DNA of 62,756 nucleotides, filler included, from Perkinsus olseni (Eukaryota): NCBI GenBank assembly GCA_013115125.1. It is 7 parts of 7 records of this genome, joined end to end, with 100 filler letters (N's around TTAATTAATTAA, not from the genome) between each part and the next. Parts side by side here need not be neighbours in the genome. Positions count along the whole stretch, not along the records: positions 9,022 to 17,941 come from JABANN010000942.1; positions 18,042 to 26,948 come from JABANN010000943.1; 5 more parts are not named here. One strand, 5' to 3'. Shown piece by piece: positions 12,903 to 25,642 of this stretch (position 1 is its first letter; each line of letters starts with the position of its first letter). The notes under the pieces were generated by a model. It saw only the letters and a program-made list of their open reading frames with translations, ran no database searches and was not told where the DNA came from. The position numbers and the translations under genes were made by a program.

Positions 12903-15900
12903 ATGGGGGTCCGCCCACCGGTCGACTTCCTCACCGTCCTCGTCGGTGTAGTGACATTCTTTTGCGTAGCCGTTCTCTACCTATTCGAGGTTAGTGTCGA
13001 GGCCGTTGAGGAAATGCGAGATTAGTCAAGCGAAGCAAGTTCTTGGTCAGGTGGTATACATACCCAGGCTACGGCAGCTGGAACGACATGAACGATCCAT
13101 CGCTCTTCTTGGTGAAATTTTTGAAGATATATCTAGCGGAGCGAAGTTTAATTCCGCCACCAGCCGGGTGCTAGGTAAATCACTGTGTGATTGAGGGAAA
13201 GTAACGAGAGCTCATCTCCTCAGCCCCGCCGATGCTTTCCGAGGGTGGTCGAGAGGAAATACGACAGCTCGTGGGTGAAGCGTTGGCGAAGGATGACCGG
13301 GTGGGCCGCTGCTGTAGTCGTCGGCCGGCGATCTCGGGTTTGTCTACGTGCAGGCCAGTGTGCTGGAGAAACGAATGAATGAGCTGATAGGGGAGCTAGA
13401 GAGGATGAAGGTGTTGGTGGGGAGACTGCCGAAGGAGGAGATCGGCACTGTGAATCTTAAATGTGAGAAATACTGGAACCGAGAGTCGAACTCGGGACCT
13501 ATCGCGTGTGAGGCGATCGTCATAACCAACTAGACCATTCCAGCTCTGGTCACGTACATGTTGATACGAGGCCACGGACACTCAATATACCCTACTATCT
13601 GAAGTGAACTTCATTTATGACTCTCCATCTTGCTATCTATATAATTCTCCATCTTCTCTGTTCCCTGAACTGAGCTCGCCTCTCTCCAGTGCAAGAAGAG
13701 AGCCGGAATGAAGCCGAAGGGATGCCGGCTGAAACCACTGCCGTGGCCATTAATAAGAAGGAACAACAACATACACCATGGAGAAGCGACTTCAAGTGGG
13801 GAGGTTCTGCAATACTCCTACAACAGTGTAGCTCAGGTGTGGTGCGGGTTGGCCTTCCGACGACGGCACGCGTGAAAAGTCTGAGTGTAATCCTGATGGA
13901 GAGTTCCCTTGTTGCAGTACCAGCGGGTGAGAGCGCTCAAGCCGCAGACCCGAATCTTTCCCCTGAAGGTGGTGTGGCATCTCGCGGTTGCACTGTGAAT
14001 GCCCTGGTTGTATCGACTATCGTCAAGTACACGCTGCGGAGGTTAGCGTGCCGGAGACCCGGGATAAACGGATAGCCATTATCATCCCGTAAGTTTTGGT
14101 TTTATTGCGTCGTTCGAATGCGTCCGTTTTTGCCTCGCTCTTTTCAATGTCGAACTGCGCTGGGTGCTGTCGAGTGTTTCGCGGGTATGATAGCGGTTGA
14201 AACCTATAGCGCCACTGTATCGGGCTTCGCGACCGACAGCTGAGGTTCAGCTGAGCTGTTGAGCCATTGCGAAGTTACCGACAGTTGTTGATGAACATGA
14301 AGGTACCGAGATCGAGAGAGTCACTATCAGAAGTTCGAGCGCCACTTCGCCGACTTCGTCAGAGAGTTGAACGTTGAGAATCGACGCAATCAGGAGTTCC
14401 ACATTTTCCTCGTCGAGCAGTTCGACAATCAGTTGTTTAATAGAGGATGGCTGTTCAATGTCGGGTGAGTAGGTTGTTGATGTGAAAAAAATACTGGAAC
14501 CGAGAGTCGAACTCGGGACCTATCGCGTGTGAGGCGATCGTCATAACCAACTAGACCATTCCAGCTTGTGTGTTATGTCCTTCGTATTCCTGGTCGTGAT
14601 AGGCTCGTAGCGTTCAGGTTTACCGAAGCCCTGCGCAGCTTGGGAGATAGAAAGCCAGACTGCATTGTAATGCAGGACGTCGACAACTTACCAATGTCAG
14701 GTAAGGGGCGGATGTGATCCTCTCTTGTACCCTCAATTCGATCATACTCCATCTCAAATTCTAGCCCACCTTGAACATCTCGCATGCAGCGCGCTACTAA
14801 GTACCTACGCGTGATGGATATCTCCACCAGTGTTGGCACCACTACGAATCCATGTTGGGCACGCGGAATTGAAATCTGCGTCTGTGGCAGTTGAAATTGA
14901 ATATCGTCCTTTTGCTTTTGCATTAATAAATCTTATTATTCTCAGGTGTAGATTTTGGATCTTGCTCGTCGCCCGTTCAACTGAGTAGTGAGATCGAGTG
15001 TTGGGGTTGGAGTGTCCCCTATCCGGGCAATGTCGGTGGGACAGTGGCGATGAACTCCGATCATTGGATGAGAATTAATGGCTTCTCGAATGAATATTGG
15101 GGTTGGGGAGGGGAGGACGATGATTTGTAAAATAATGCCGGGTGTGGGGATCGAACCCGGGTCTCCTTTTGTAGGTACTGGCGATTGCGACATAATCAAT
15201 TGTTAGTGGGTGGGTGTAATCCTTTCTGTCAATCACAACCCGGCAGCGTTGAGGTGACTCAGGGGCGGCACGCGGCAAATCTTCGCTGTGCGCATTCTCA
15301 AGATATTCCGCCCACGGAAGGGCCACGGTAAATTTCTCTGTCTGCACGATAATGATCACACACCGCGGAGGCGACCAGCTGACGACAAACCTCTGTGGGA
15401 TCGTCTTCAACGGGTGCTCCAAAATCGATCAGAATGGCGCGCGCTTTTTACATTGCCAGTCAGGTGAGGTCCGGAGATATGATATGGCGTGGGGATGGTA
15501 TCAATAACGTCGAGTATCGGCTCATCAATGAGTTTGTAAAAGGCGATGATTCTGCCGTCTTCGCTAGTAATCTCTTCAGACTCGCACTACCTAGGATATT
15601 CTGTGAATTTCGGGAAATGTGGTATGGGTGATATATAGCTGATTAAAATTGATGAAAAATAATTCCTGTGCCGTTTCCAATTGCTGCCGTCTCTTCTGCA
15701 CTCTTAGGTAGTTGAATCTAGCTTTTCTTCGCCGTGCGGGAGTATCTTTTCAGATATCCACAGCAATGAGACTATTAGAGGCTTCACGCTTCATTGGAAA
15801 TCAGTCGCATCGAAACTGGAGCAGAAGTCCGCACTGGACCGGACGTATCTTATCGCACCCGGAGGTTGGAGCATGAAAGATACGAAATCGGTTGAAGCAC

Positions 15901-16698
15901 GTTATTTAGGATTGTGCGGCACTGGTGTTCGTGTGCCTCTGAAGAAGGTCCCGAGTGACTTGGACGAATTGCGAGAAATCCTCCCCGACCGCTGCCGTCA
16001 TGACAATGAGCTCCGGTGAGAATTTCAGGGTTCCACGCACTTGCCCAACCGTTGATGGGTCAATATTGTTGAGGAAAAGCAAGAGAGAGCAAGATTGGCA
16101 AAATGTTGCTTTCCTCAGTTTTCTTGCTGTGGATTTCAACCGTCAGCTTGGCACGGTTATTGACCATCATTGGAGGTTGCAAAGATTCATTCGAACTCTC
16201 CCAACCTCGCACAGCGGCGTCATTCACGCTTTGCACAAAAAGGAGCTTAATGAGGCGTTGGAGAAGGGTTGGTATGGTGGTAGCGCGCGCCCTGGTGATC
16301 GATTTGGTGCCAGGGAAGGATCGGCGGTATATTAGAGATTTCCCGGCTTGCATCGGGCAGGCGAATGACGGGTCGGGAGCTGGGCTGAAACATCGGGTTA
16401 ATGTTGGCACGGATTGGTGTGGCGATCAGGTGGGGAATTTTAGCTTGATCCTTGCAAGATGCAAAATAGGTCGACTTGTCAGGGCTGGACTCACCTGTTG
16501 GGGTTCAAAGTTTTACATCCTGACGATGTAAAATACGTTCCTGCCGACGATCTGCTCACCATCTGCATTTCGGTGTCGCCACAGGGATGGGTTTATCGAT
16601 TCATCCAACTGGACGAGGTGGGTTTTCCAATAGTCGCGGGTTCGATCCCCGGTACAGACATCTTCTCCGTCGTCCGCCTGCCCCAGCGGATACGATGA
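12903..16698 (+). CDS. Glycosyltransferase family 7 (beta-1,4-galactosyltransferase-like), type II membrane protein, multi-exon
   Basis: N-terminal TM (FLTVLVGVVTFFCVAVLYLF) and a coiled stem. Spliced GT7 motifs: RIAIIIP|YRDRESH, FHIFLVEQFDNQLFNRGWLFNVG|FTEAL, CIVMQDVDNLP (DxD), INGFSNEYWGWGGEDDDL|YWRL, DGINNVEY. The 3' end is uncertain and may continue to about 17591. Confidence 0.88.
13471..13544 (-). tRNA. trnV: tRNA-Val(CAC)
   Basis: GCTGGAATGGTCTAGTTGGTTATGACGATCGCCTCACACGCGATAGGTCCCGAGTTCGACTCTCGGTTCCAGTA folds as a full cloverleaf with anticodon CAC. It lies antisense within the GT7 gene. Confidence 0.95.
14492..14565 (-). tRNA. trnV: tRNA-Val(CAC), identical second copy
   Basis: Identical to 13471-13544 and followed by a T7 Pol III terminator. 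It sits in the GT7 intron that begins GTGAGT at 14465 and splits the conserved NVG|F motif. Confidence 0.96.
15127..15174 (+). other. 48-nt GT7 intron containing antisense tRNA 3'-half/B-box element
   Basis: GTAAAATAATGCCGGGTGTGGGGATCGAACCCGGGTCTCCTTTTGTAG. Splicing restores WGGEDDDL-YWRL. The minus strand reads GGAGACCCGGGTTCGATCCCCACACCCGGCA-TTATTTT. Confidence 0.85.
16618..16686 (+). other. Probable 69-nt intron containing tRNA 3'-half/B-box element (sense)
   Basis: GTGGGT...AGTCGCGGGTTCGATCCCCGGTACAGACATCTT...CCCCAG. Intron status rests on splice signals only. Confidence 0.55.
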
Positions 16699-17832
16699 GC
16701 GAAGCCGCAAGACGTGGAATCACGAGAAGATGATGTACATTCGGAAGTCGTCCAAAGGGGAGGCGATCTGCGTCGGTTACTTCACAGGCAGCGGCCATGC
16801 GAGGTGAGGAGCCCCATCAGCCTGTGGAAAGTTTCTTTAACAGCGGCTGAATAACAGGGGCGTTGCTACCCGGAGCGCATCGGCATCAGGGTTAGCTGAT
16901 TTGATTCAGCTTACCGTAGCCAACCTACGCGGGCTCGACAGCGCTGTGAGAATCATCAATAGAATTACTCTCTAAGAGAAAAGTGTATCCCAATGCTCGC
17001 GTGTGGTCTAGCTCATGATCGATAGTAGAAGTGGTGATGGTCAGATGGATGGCGGCGTCGGTGAGTCGGTCGGGCGGCTGCGATAACAACGGTTATGTCC
17101 ACGAGTTCACCTTCCACTCGATGACTAACAACTACCAACCTGTAATTACGAATCTTTGTGTCATGGCGGTCGGAGACAGGTAGAAAAGATACTCATAGAG
17201 ACCATCGCCATCATTCCTCCAGTCCGTCTGTAAAGTCGGTCGAAGGCGGCAACTGTCCCGAAAAAGACATCTTGCGAGTTTTCCGAACTATGCCCAGCAA
17301 GGGCATGCCAGCGATACCGCTGTGCTGGGCTGACTCGACGCTGAGAACGACAGACGGAGAATGCCTCGGAGGAAGCCTAGTGTTTGTAGGACGGGATGGG
17401 GTGGTGTCTGAAGGAGCCAGCATGATCAGGCGTTGAGGAAGAGCAAGTCGGAGCAAGATGCCAAGATGTGGTGTTTAGACGGCGGCACTCTGACGCGTGG
17501 CGACTGTGATGGTACTTCCCTATATTCTGCAGAACTGGAAGACGTTGATGGTGATGTTGTCACCTTTCTGGATGATGCCATACTTTGGTGATGACCATTC
17601 ACGTGTACCCATGCTGCCCGACCGGAGTCCCTTTCGAACCTTGTCTTGTTGTGTCTGGGGGTCGAACGATTAAGTAACTCTGAAACTCAGAATCGATTGA
17701 GAAATTGCGTCATTTTACGTGTCAAAATCAATCCGAGAATCGAATCTGAGTTTCAGAATTACGGTATTGAACGGGCGATGAGGGTAGGAACAATCTACCA
17801 TCCGACTGCTGTTGTTGACAGAATGTGTCGTT

Positions 17833-17879
<47 letters not shown>
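17833..17879. repeat. (GTA)n microsatellite
   Basis: About 15 perfect trinucleotide units. Confidence 0.97.
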
Positions 17880-18041
17880 TTTTGTTTTGTTTTGTGCTGG
17901 GGGCACGACATCTCCTGCTTCTGCAGTATGGCCGTATAGCCNNNNNNNNNNNNNNNNNNNNNNNNNNNNNNNNNNNNNNNNNNNNTTAATTAATTAANNN
18001 NNNNNNNNNNNNNNNNNNNNNNNNNNNNNNNNNNNNNNNNN

Positions 18042-18095
18042 GGGTTTTACTAATTTGCTCTGGGCTTTATTAAATTGCTCTGGGGTTTTACTAAG
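18042..18095. repeat. 20-bp tandem repeat at contig start (GGGGTTTTACTAATTTGCTCT-like)
   Basis: About 2.7 degenerate units, truncated by the linker. Confidence 0.75.
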
Positions 18096-21000
18096 TAGGT
18101 CTGGAAATGGTGTATAGCCATAGGGAGACATACTGTTGTAGTTGCGCCTATCCCACCAGAGGAGGTTACGACTTGTGTACCTACGCGGATGTGGTGCTAA
18201 GATGGAGGTGAGGTGTGGTATGTAGGTCCCCCTTACTGTAGTTCGAAGGCATCCCGGTCATCTGTCTTGGGACAACGCACTACATTGGTCGTAATTCTGC
18301 TCCTTCTCACGGAGATTTGAAGCTGTGGGCGCTGTTCGTTGCGCACCGTTTCGTTGCCATAGCCACACAGAACGTTGGTGTCAGGTTCAACATGGAGCAC
18401 ATAAAACGATTCATCTTTCGACTGTGAGGGGTAGTCCTGAGCACAGAAGGGTTCTCATATTCCTCCTTGTGACATAGAGACTATGATAGAGTGGTGTCGA
18501 GCTACAGTGTAGCTCTACACTGTAGCTGCTACACGGCTCTTACGGGCTTCCCATCGTGTAAGGCCGCTGGTTCGGTTGCTCCGCCGGAGGGAAGGTTAGG
18601 CAAAAGAGCCACAGCAACGAGAGTTGGAGCTCCGAGGATGAACTGTTTCGTCGACATTCGAGCAATGAAGTCGAAGACTGCATGAAGTTATCTTGCAGCG
18701 GAATCAGATTCCTAGAGTAGAGATTCCCGGAACCTCAACTACCGCTGCTGTGGCTACTACTGCTGGTGTTACTCCGCAATTCCGGTTGCTCATGGCACAT
18801 CACCCGCAATTCGTAAAGTCGACCACCTATTGCTACTGGATTCCAGTAACTGAAATGCCTCGTAGATCTCACACGAGGGGGGGGGGGGAAAGAAATATCG
18901 GGCATAAATTAGCATTCGTCGTTCGCCTTCTTGGGCGAGCGATTCTTGTTTCATTAGTATTGTTGCTGGTGCGCTCCCTTTACTAGGCAACACAATCTTC
19001 CCCGCTGGATCTTCCGGTACTACCCAAGATGGTGATTTGCTGAACGCTAATAGTACGCTCGGAGTGGGACCCCACGCTGTTACCTCGCTTCCTCTGTGGT
19101 GCACCCACGCTTGAGTACATTAGACAACAACTTAGGGTGTGGTTTTGCCAGAAATAGAATCCCAATATCTTCAGGCGATCGAACGGTTACTCGTCACGAT
19201 TAGGGTACCCGCTGTAGAGAGCGGCGGCTTCCCCTGTGCACTTATAACTGGCGAGAAGTCTGGCTGATCCACTGTCGTGGTCGATGGCATACTCGTTTGA
19301 GTTAGACCCAGGTCTTATAGGGAACGGCCCAAAGACTCCATATTTTTTGTGGCACTTATATGTCACATCCACAATTGGAAAACCGGCCCATCTCTTACAA
19401 TGAACAAACACCGCCGAAAGTATGTACTGAGTCAGTACTACTGATCAGTTCAAGTAGTACTGATCAGCGACATACGCACCGGACCTCAAAGGGCTCGCTG
19501 GAGGGACGAGGAGAAGTGAAGTGATGAGGCCACTTGAGGACGGCAGCCATCGTAGAAAGTGAAGATCAGTATCTCGAGTGCAGTTTGTTTTATTCTTTAA
19601 ATAAGCTCCCGCCCACCTTGGCGATGTGACGGGACTCTTCTCTGTGGTTCAGGGTTGCTCCATCACATTGGCCGAGGCCATGGCGCAACTTGCGCGGTCC
19701 TCCGGTCCTTCACGCAGGGGGCAACAGGAGTCTAGTAGGCTCAGGCTGCCCCTCAGCGCACGCTCTAGCCGAATCCGCTGTGCACGCCATGCGCGCCCAC
19801 ACACTACTCAATACCGTGCATGATTCGCTCTCAATCACCGGTTAAAGTCGTCGTGTTCACTCATCCGCTGGTGTGACTTATCAGTGATAAGTTATCACTG
19901 ATATTATCAATCATTGAATGTTTTCTCGAAGAGGGATAGCTGAAGAATAGACAGGGAATCGACGCCGTTCCCGCAGCACACCGCGCTTTACCTAATCTCG
20001 ATCGCGTCACGCAGCACGCTCAAGGGGCTCAAGCACGGTCCCTCCCAGGGCCAACTCATGATGCGTTGGAGAATCAGAGTCTATTATTGAAAAATGAGGA
20101 TGGTAAAGTTGATGGGCTACCCCCGAAGGGTGACGTGACGTGGTTCACGCAACGAAGAGACAGGACATAGCGCTCGCCAACTCGCCCCAGAAGCAGGGAG
20201 GAAATTGAAAGCGTGCGGGAGTAAGTCCAGTATCCTAGCGGGTCAGATTTCGATGCCGGCAGGCCTTTGAGCTAGTGCAGGGCCGCATCCACAGGCTCCC
20301 CGGGAGAATCGGTCACATCGGAGAATCGGAGAATCGAACATTCTCTTAAACCGGCATGAGCTGCTAGTGCCCCCCGGTGCTTACTCGAGCATCCAGGATG
20401 GTACTCGCACCACAGGCCTGCATTACAGGGTCGGTAGCGTCTTCGCTTGCGAGCTGACTGCTGAGTGCCAGCCTTAAGTTGAGGGCCTCATCTTCAGGCT
20501 CAACAGTTTCGAGGATCATGCAGGGTTATCACGTTCCCTGGAATACCATCTGAGCCGCTCGATGATCTGGATGACAAGGATTCAGTTGCCATAGTCGACA
20601 CGGCCCAATTGATGATCAACTGTCAAGCTGGCGCTGTCAACTTGGCAGTGCGGTACTTAGGATGAATATTACTCCCAGGCCGTGTTGAGGCGCTCAACCG
20701 TTTAGCCGGATAGAAAGCCATACTGCTAAGTTAAAAGTGCCAACGGCGTACTCAGATTACTGGGCGAGTAAGTGAATTGCTGCTCTGACGGTCGGTTGTT
20801 CTTCTTGCAGTCTTCAATTTCCTACCTCCGCACGCGTCTTTACGTGACACTACCTTGAACAGCCTGATTCTGGGCCCCCTTCCTGCCGGTACTACTTGTA
20901 TCTGTAAAGTTCGATCGGCGTATCTGTTAGTAGCCGATACTGAAGATTGGAGCGTTTCGTGGTTGACGACGCGGGTATGTTCGTGTAGAGATTTTTCTAG

Positions 21001-22017
21001 TACCTGTCTATGGGAAATCCCTGGTCATCCCCAACAACTTCGGAAGTTTCCAGTCGGCGTGTGGAGCAGCCGGCCCGGCGGAGGCCGAGTCCAGCTCCCA
21101 GTTCCGTAGCAGCCAAGATAGTGCGGCGGCTAACACTACTTCTAATTGAAGGAGGCTTTGTTGTTCGCCCCGGTGGTGTGGGATTTACGTGTACGGATTG
21201 ATGGTCCATGGCGACAAGAAGTAGCAGAGCATTGCCTCATTGGGACTGTTCATTTGCGAAGGCTGAATGAGCTACGTTCGGTCGTTAGATTCTGTGAGGA
21301 TAATAACATCGAAATCTTAATCATTGACCTCGAGAGAACCGTGGTAGCACGCTCTCCTGGTATCGATGGCGGTCTGGTCCTTGCATGCTGCGTAGATGGC
21401 TTATGTGGACTCCCTAGGCTGTTCACTGATAAGCATGATAGGAGAATACTGCGTGTTGGCATCGCGGCATCGGCAAGTGGAGGGACGATAAGGATTTATT
21501 GCTCGCCGAGGGTCTCGATGAGGCCGGTATCGAGAGTATTAGTAATCCTTCCGATCGACATCGTCATGATTACCTCCCTCGGTCGTGCTTGGACGGATTA
21601 TATATGGTACGGGTGGATGAGGATAGCGCTGGATCACTCACCGAGTCATCACTGGTTGAACAGAATCCTGAGCAACTGCGTAGACACCAGCATCATGGTC
21701 AGCTGATCGTCACCGCCCCACATGAACGCGGTTCGCATCTTGTTGGGGTCATTACTCTTCGCTATTACGACTTGAGTGCTATCAAAGAAGCGATATGCAA
21801 TGCGAGAGATGCAGCCCCGCTAGACGGTCGTGATGATACGCCACAGCTCCCTCTGATGAGTACTCGGCATGGTCCAAGGATCGATGCTAGTAGACAGGTG
21901 TGTGTGTGAAACAAGGATATCCCGTGACGCTTATAGTGCGTATTACGGGTTAGAAGTAGGGGAATAACCGTACGTGTCAGTCATAATGTGCAAGTCCGTT
22001 CATACAGCCTTTGGTGC

Positions 22018-25000
22018 TCATATGCCCATCCTTTGAACCAGTCTAGTTAGCATACTTGTCCTCCCCAGACTCGTGAGGAAGAACGCCGGATACCGTATAT
22101 ACTTTGGCGACCCTAAGATAGATAGCCTTTCCCTGTGGTGCCTCTTACAGTGGAGAATCCGGTGCACCGTGTCATCAGGAACCCCGCCACATAAGTGGCA
22201 GACGCTGGACTGACCTGGTGATGACCTGGCCAACAGCCGTCCACAACGTAGCAACCCAAAGACGGCCCTAAGCAAGGTCCGCCTCATTCTAAACCGTATC
22301 GCCTTTTTCAAGATGTCGAGATGACGTCGACACGTAATAAAACTCCTTATAGTAACATTTTTGATCCCCCTCCAGCAGCGATCCTTCACCTTGGTAAGTG
22401 ATCCTCGCCTAATGGCGTTTCTCACCGAACTAGGAGGAACCTCAACCATAACCATTTGACCATGATATGCCCCATGCCGTGCCGCTAGGTCGGCCCATAT
22501 ATTCCCATAGCACGTACTGTGCCCTCTGACCCATATGAGCCCAAGATTTTTCAATAGGACCTCTCTTCTTATATCCACCAGTAGACTGCTTTGTCGGGAA
22601 CCAGCAATAGCTTGTATGACCGACCTGGAGTCGATCGCCAGCAAATACCGCTTGCCCATCCGAGCAGGGACGGACCTAGCCGCCATTGATATGGCGACCT
22701 CCTCAGCCTGGTCAATGCTGCAGTAGTCCGGTAGTTTGTAAGACGACCAAGCGATGGTCGCATCCGATGAGTAGAAGCCAGCCCCAACATGAGCACAATT
22801 GCCATCACCATATGGCCTCCTGCTGCCGTCAGTGAAGATGATGGCGTCAGGTTGCTCAAAACTTGTCGAACCTGGCCGTAGATAACCGCTGCTTACCTCC
22901 GTACCGTCACCTATGTAAAACTGCTTTGGTTGTAGACCAATTTCAAACCGATCATGATTCCAGGACTCTGCTTGTGCAGGGTAGCGACCCCCAACCACCT
23001 TAGACCACCATTTTCGGATATCATAACCATTTTGTAATTTCCAGGAACCATATCTCATGCATAGCCGTTGATAAAGAGTCAGCTTGGCATCGCTCAGTAA
23101 GACAGCTAAATCCGGGTTGCCGGAAACCGGAATCCCGATGAGGATCTTCTCCAAACGGTGATGCAGAGAGTCTATACGACGCTTCACACCTTTAAACATT
23201 GGTCTATCACCCCAGCACTCAATCCCATAACCGAGAGTTGCCGCTACGTGGGCACGAATCACCTCCCTTGCTTTGGGGGTGATCCTCACGACACCTTCTG
23301 GGCCAATCAATCTGCGACAGACTTCTGCTTCGACTCTTCCCCTTCTGATGGCTTCTTCTACATGCGGGGCCCATCTGCCACTCAAGTCAATACGCATTCC
23401 CAGAAAGGGAATAGATCTCTTAACCACGATGCCAAAACACTCGTCCTGAAGGTCGTTTGATAAGATAACACTCTTCTCCCTCGCCATAGATAAGCCAAAG
23501 GTGGGGAGTTCACGCTCTAAGGCCCCAACTATGTCCGTTATGGCTTCCTCGAGCTTCTCCTGACTGTCACAACCTATCAATATGATCATGTCATCGGCAT
23601 AAGAAATAGTCTTCACCAGCACGTCCTGCGCAACCGCTCGGCCAGGGATGTCCATGACCAGAGCATGGAACAGCCTATAGATAACCGGTGACAGCACTCC
23701 TCCTTGAGGGGTGCCGCCCTTCGTCATGCACACACGTATCCGGTCCTTGAAGTGACATCGTCGTCCATGGAGATAGCTGCCAACCAAGTTTGCCAGAGCG
23801 GAAGATCCCGTGATCAACTTGACCGATTCACACATAGAGGTATGAAGGGCACCATTAAAGGCTCCTTTCATATCCACACTGAGAGCTGCCGCATACTTCC
23901 CTTGTGATAGTATGCTCCGTATGTGAACCGACACGTCCTCAACCGTTGCTCAGTTGCTGTACTTCTTCCCGCCGCATACCCATGAGATCTACTTATGCAG
24001 GTGAATACCAGGATAGGTATCAGCGTCGGCCCGTCGCTCCAAAGAGGGTACTATCTCAGTCACGCCCAGTTCCAGACATTTAGTTATACAGGTTTAAGTC
24101 ATACATATCGGCCTAAAGTCATCAGCTGTACCCAAGTTTTTCCCTTTGGAGAGAAAAATCAGTCGACTGTCCTTCCCATAGTCCGGGAAGTAGGCATTAA
24201 TAACCATAGAATGCAGAATACTCACCAGACCGTCCCAGAGAATGGGGCCACCAGCCTTAATGTCAGAGTAGACTATACCATCCAATCCTGCTGCGGTATC
24301 TTTCTTCTGGGATAGATACCCATACGCTCTCCCCATGGCCTGGTCAGCCTCCGACAGGACCAGGTAGACGTCCTCAATGGTAATCGGGACCCTCCATTCA
24401 CCAATGTCATCTTGTTGCGGGGTGTGATGCTCTAGTACATCGTAGCCAGGCTGTGGTGCTATACCGATCCTTCCCTTCCTATGCCGTAATATCTTACCAT
24501 ACTCTTTTTCCTCCGAGATAGACCTGAAAAACCAGTCTGATTTGTACCTACGAATCGCCTTATTATAGGCGTTTCTCAGCCTCCTGTAGTCAGCAACATT
24601 AGACGCACTATTGGACCTGGAAAGACGACGTTGGGCCTTTCGAACCTGCCTTCGTAACCTGTCTAGGTTCTCACTCCACCATGGAGGTGAGGAAGCCTTA
24701 ACCACCAGCTTCTTTGAGCGGCAGTGAGCCTCCTTAGTCATTTTTATTATCTCACTAGCCTCCCGAACCGCATCGTCAATTTGTGCCCTTGGCATATACC
24801 GAGTCAACTTGTCCCTCCAGCCCACCAAGTTATCTTGTAGATCCTTAGAGTAAAGCTTCTTATCTTTAATTCTCTTATAGTGCCGTTCGACGCGCCTTTC
24901 ATCACGAGCAACCCAAACCTTCGCCTCGATCAGTAGGTGATCATAAGGACGTACATCTTCATGTGATACCCAGTTCTCCACCACAACATCACCAGTGGTG

Positions 25001-25642
25001 AGCATAAGGTCTATCGAGGAACATTGGTGACCCAATATTCCTGCGCCCTGTACCGGTCTAATAAACGTATACGAGTTAACGTCATTATGACATACCACTC
25101 CATTATAATCAATCCATTCCTCCAAAACTCTGCCCATTGCGGCCTGAGCCGAGTCGTGCTTAAAGAGACCAGTGCTCCACCTAGCTGTAGGAATTCGAGT
25201 CGCATAATATAACCAGACGACCGCCGTAAGCCTCAATGACATCAGACCAGGATCGGAGAGTCTCAGAGATATCAATGTTAATATCACAATAAGTTGCCAG
25301 CCACCAGATACCACACACATAGGCACCACAACAGTCCTGGCGCGAGAAGGTATCGTCAACATCCAGATCCTTTCTTATGAGTATCAGAGCCCTACCACTG
25401 GTAGATTTAACCTCTTTGAAATAATCGTACCATTGAGTATCAAGTCGGCCAGGCTCACAGATAACCATTATGGAGGGAAGTGCTCCACCACGATCAACAG
25501 TATAGTAGTCTAGTAGCATTCTACCACCTACTAGGGTCTTTCCAATATTACAGTAGGCCACATCCAAGGAGGAGAGCGATTCTCCTGAACCAGCCTCATC
25601 ATGCCGAGGCTCGCTATTCATCTTGTGCCACTTGACCGTCAA
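22018..25642 (-). pseudogene. Retrotransposon ORF2 (APE endonuclease, reverse transcriptase, RNase H, CCHC), disrupted
   Basis: APE motifs YCNIG, ICEP, LCDSN, SIDL, YDHL. RT motifs AAGLDG, FRPICM, VDMKGAFN, GTPQGGVLSP, YADD. RNase H motifs FTDGS, QAE, IDS, WVRGH...GNIWADLAA. Terminal CHLCGGVPDDTVHRILHC. Disruptions: frameshift near 25190, TAA at 24094-24096, compensating indels near 23950-23995. Confidence 0.9.

Noticed and set aside
17715-17939. Poly-Thr/Ser/Val ORFs
   Set aside because: Translation artefacts of the (GTA)n microsatellite.
18100-21900. Genes in the left half of contig 3 (for example ORF 21146-21706 and a GIPVICLG segment near 18250)
   Set aside because: No family could be recognised and no consistent exon chain could be built by eye.
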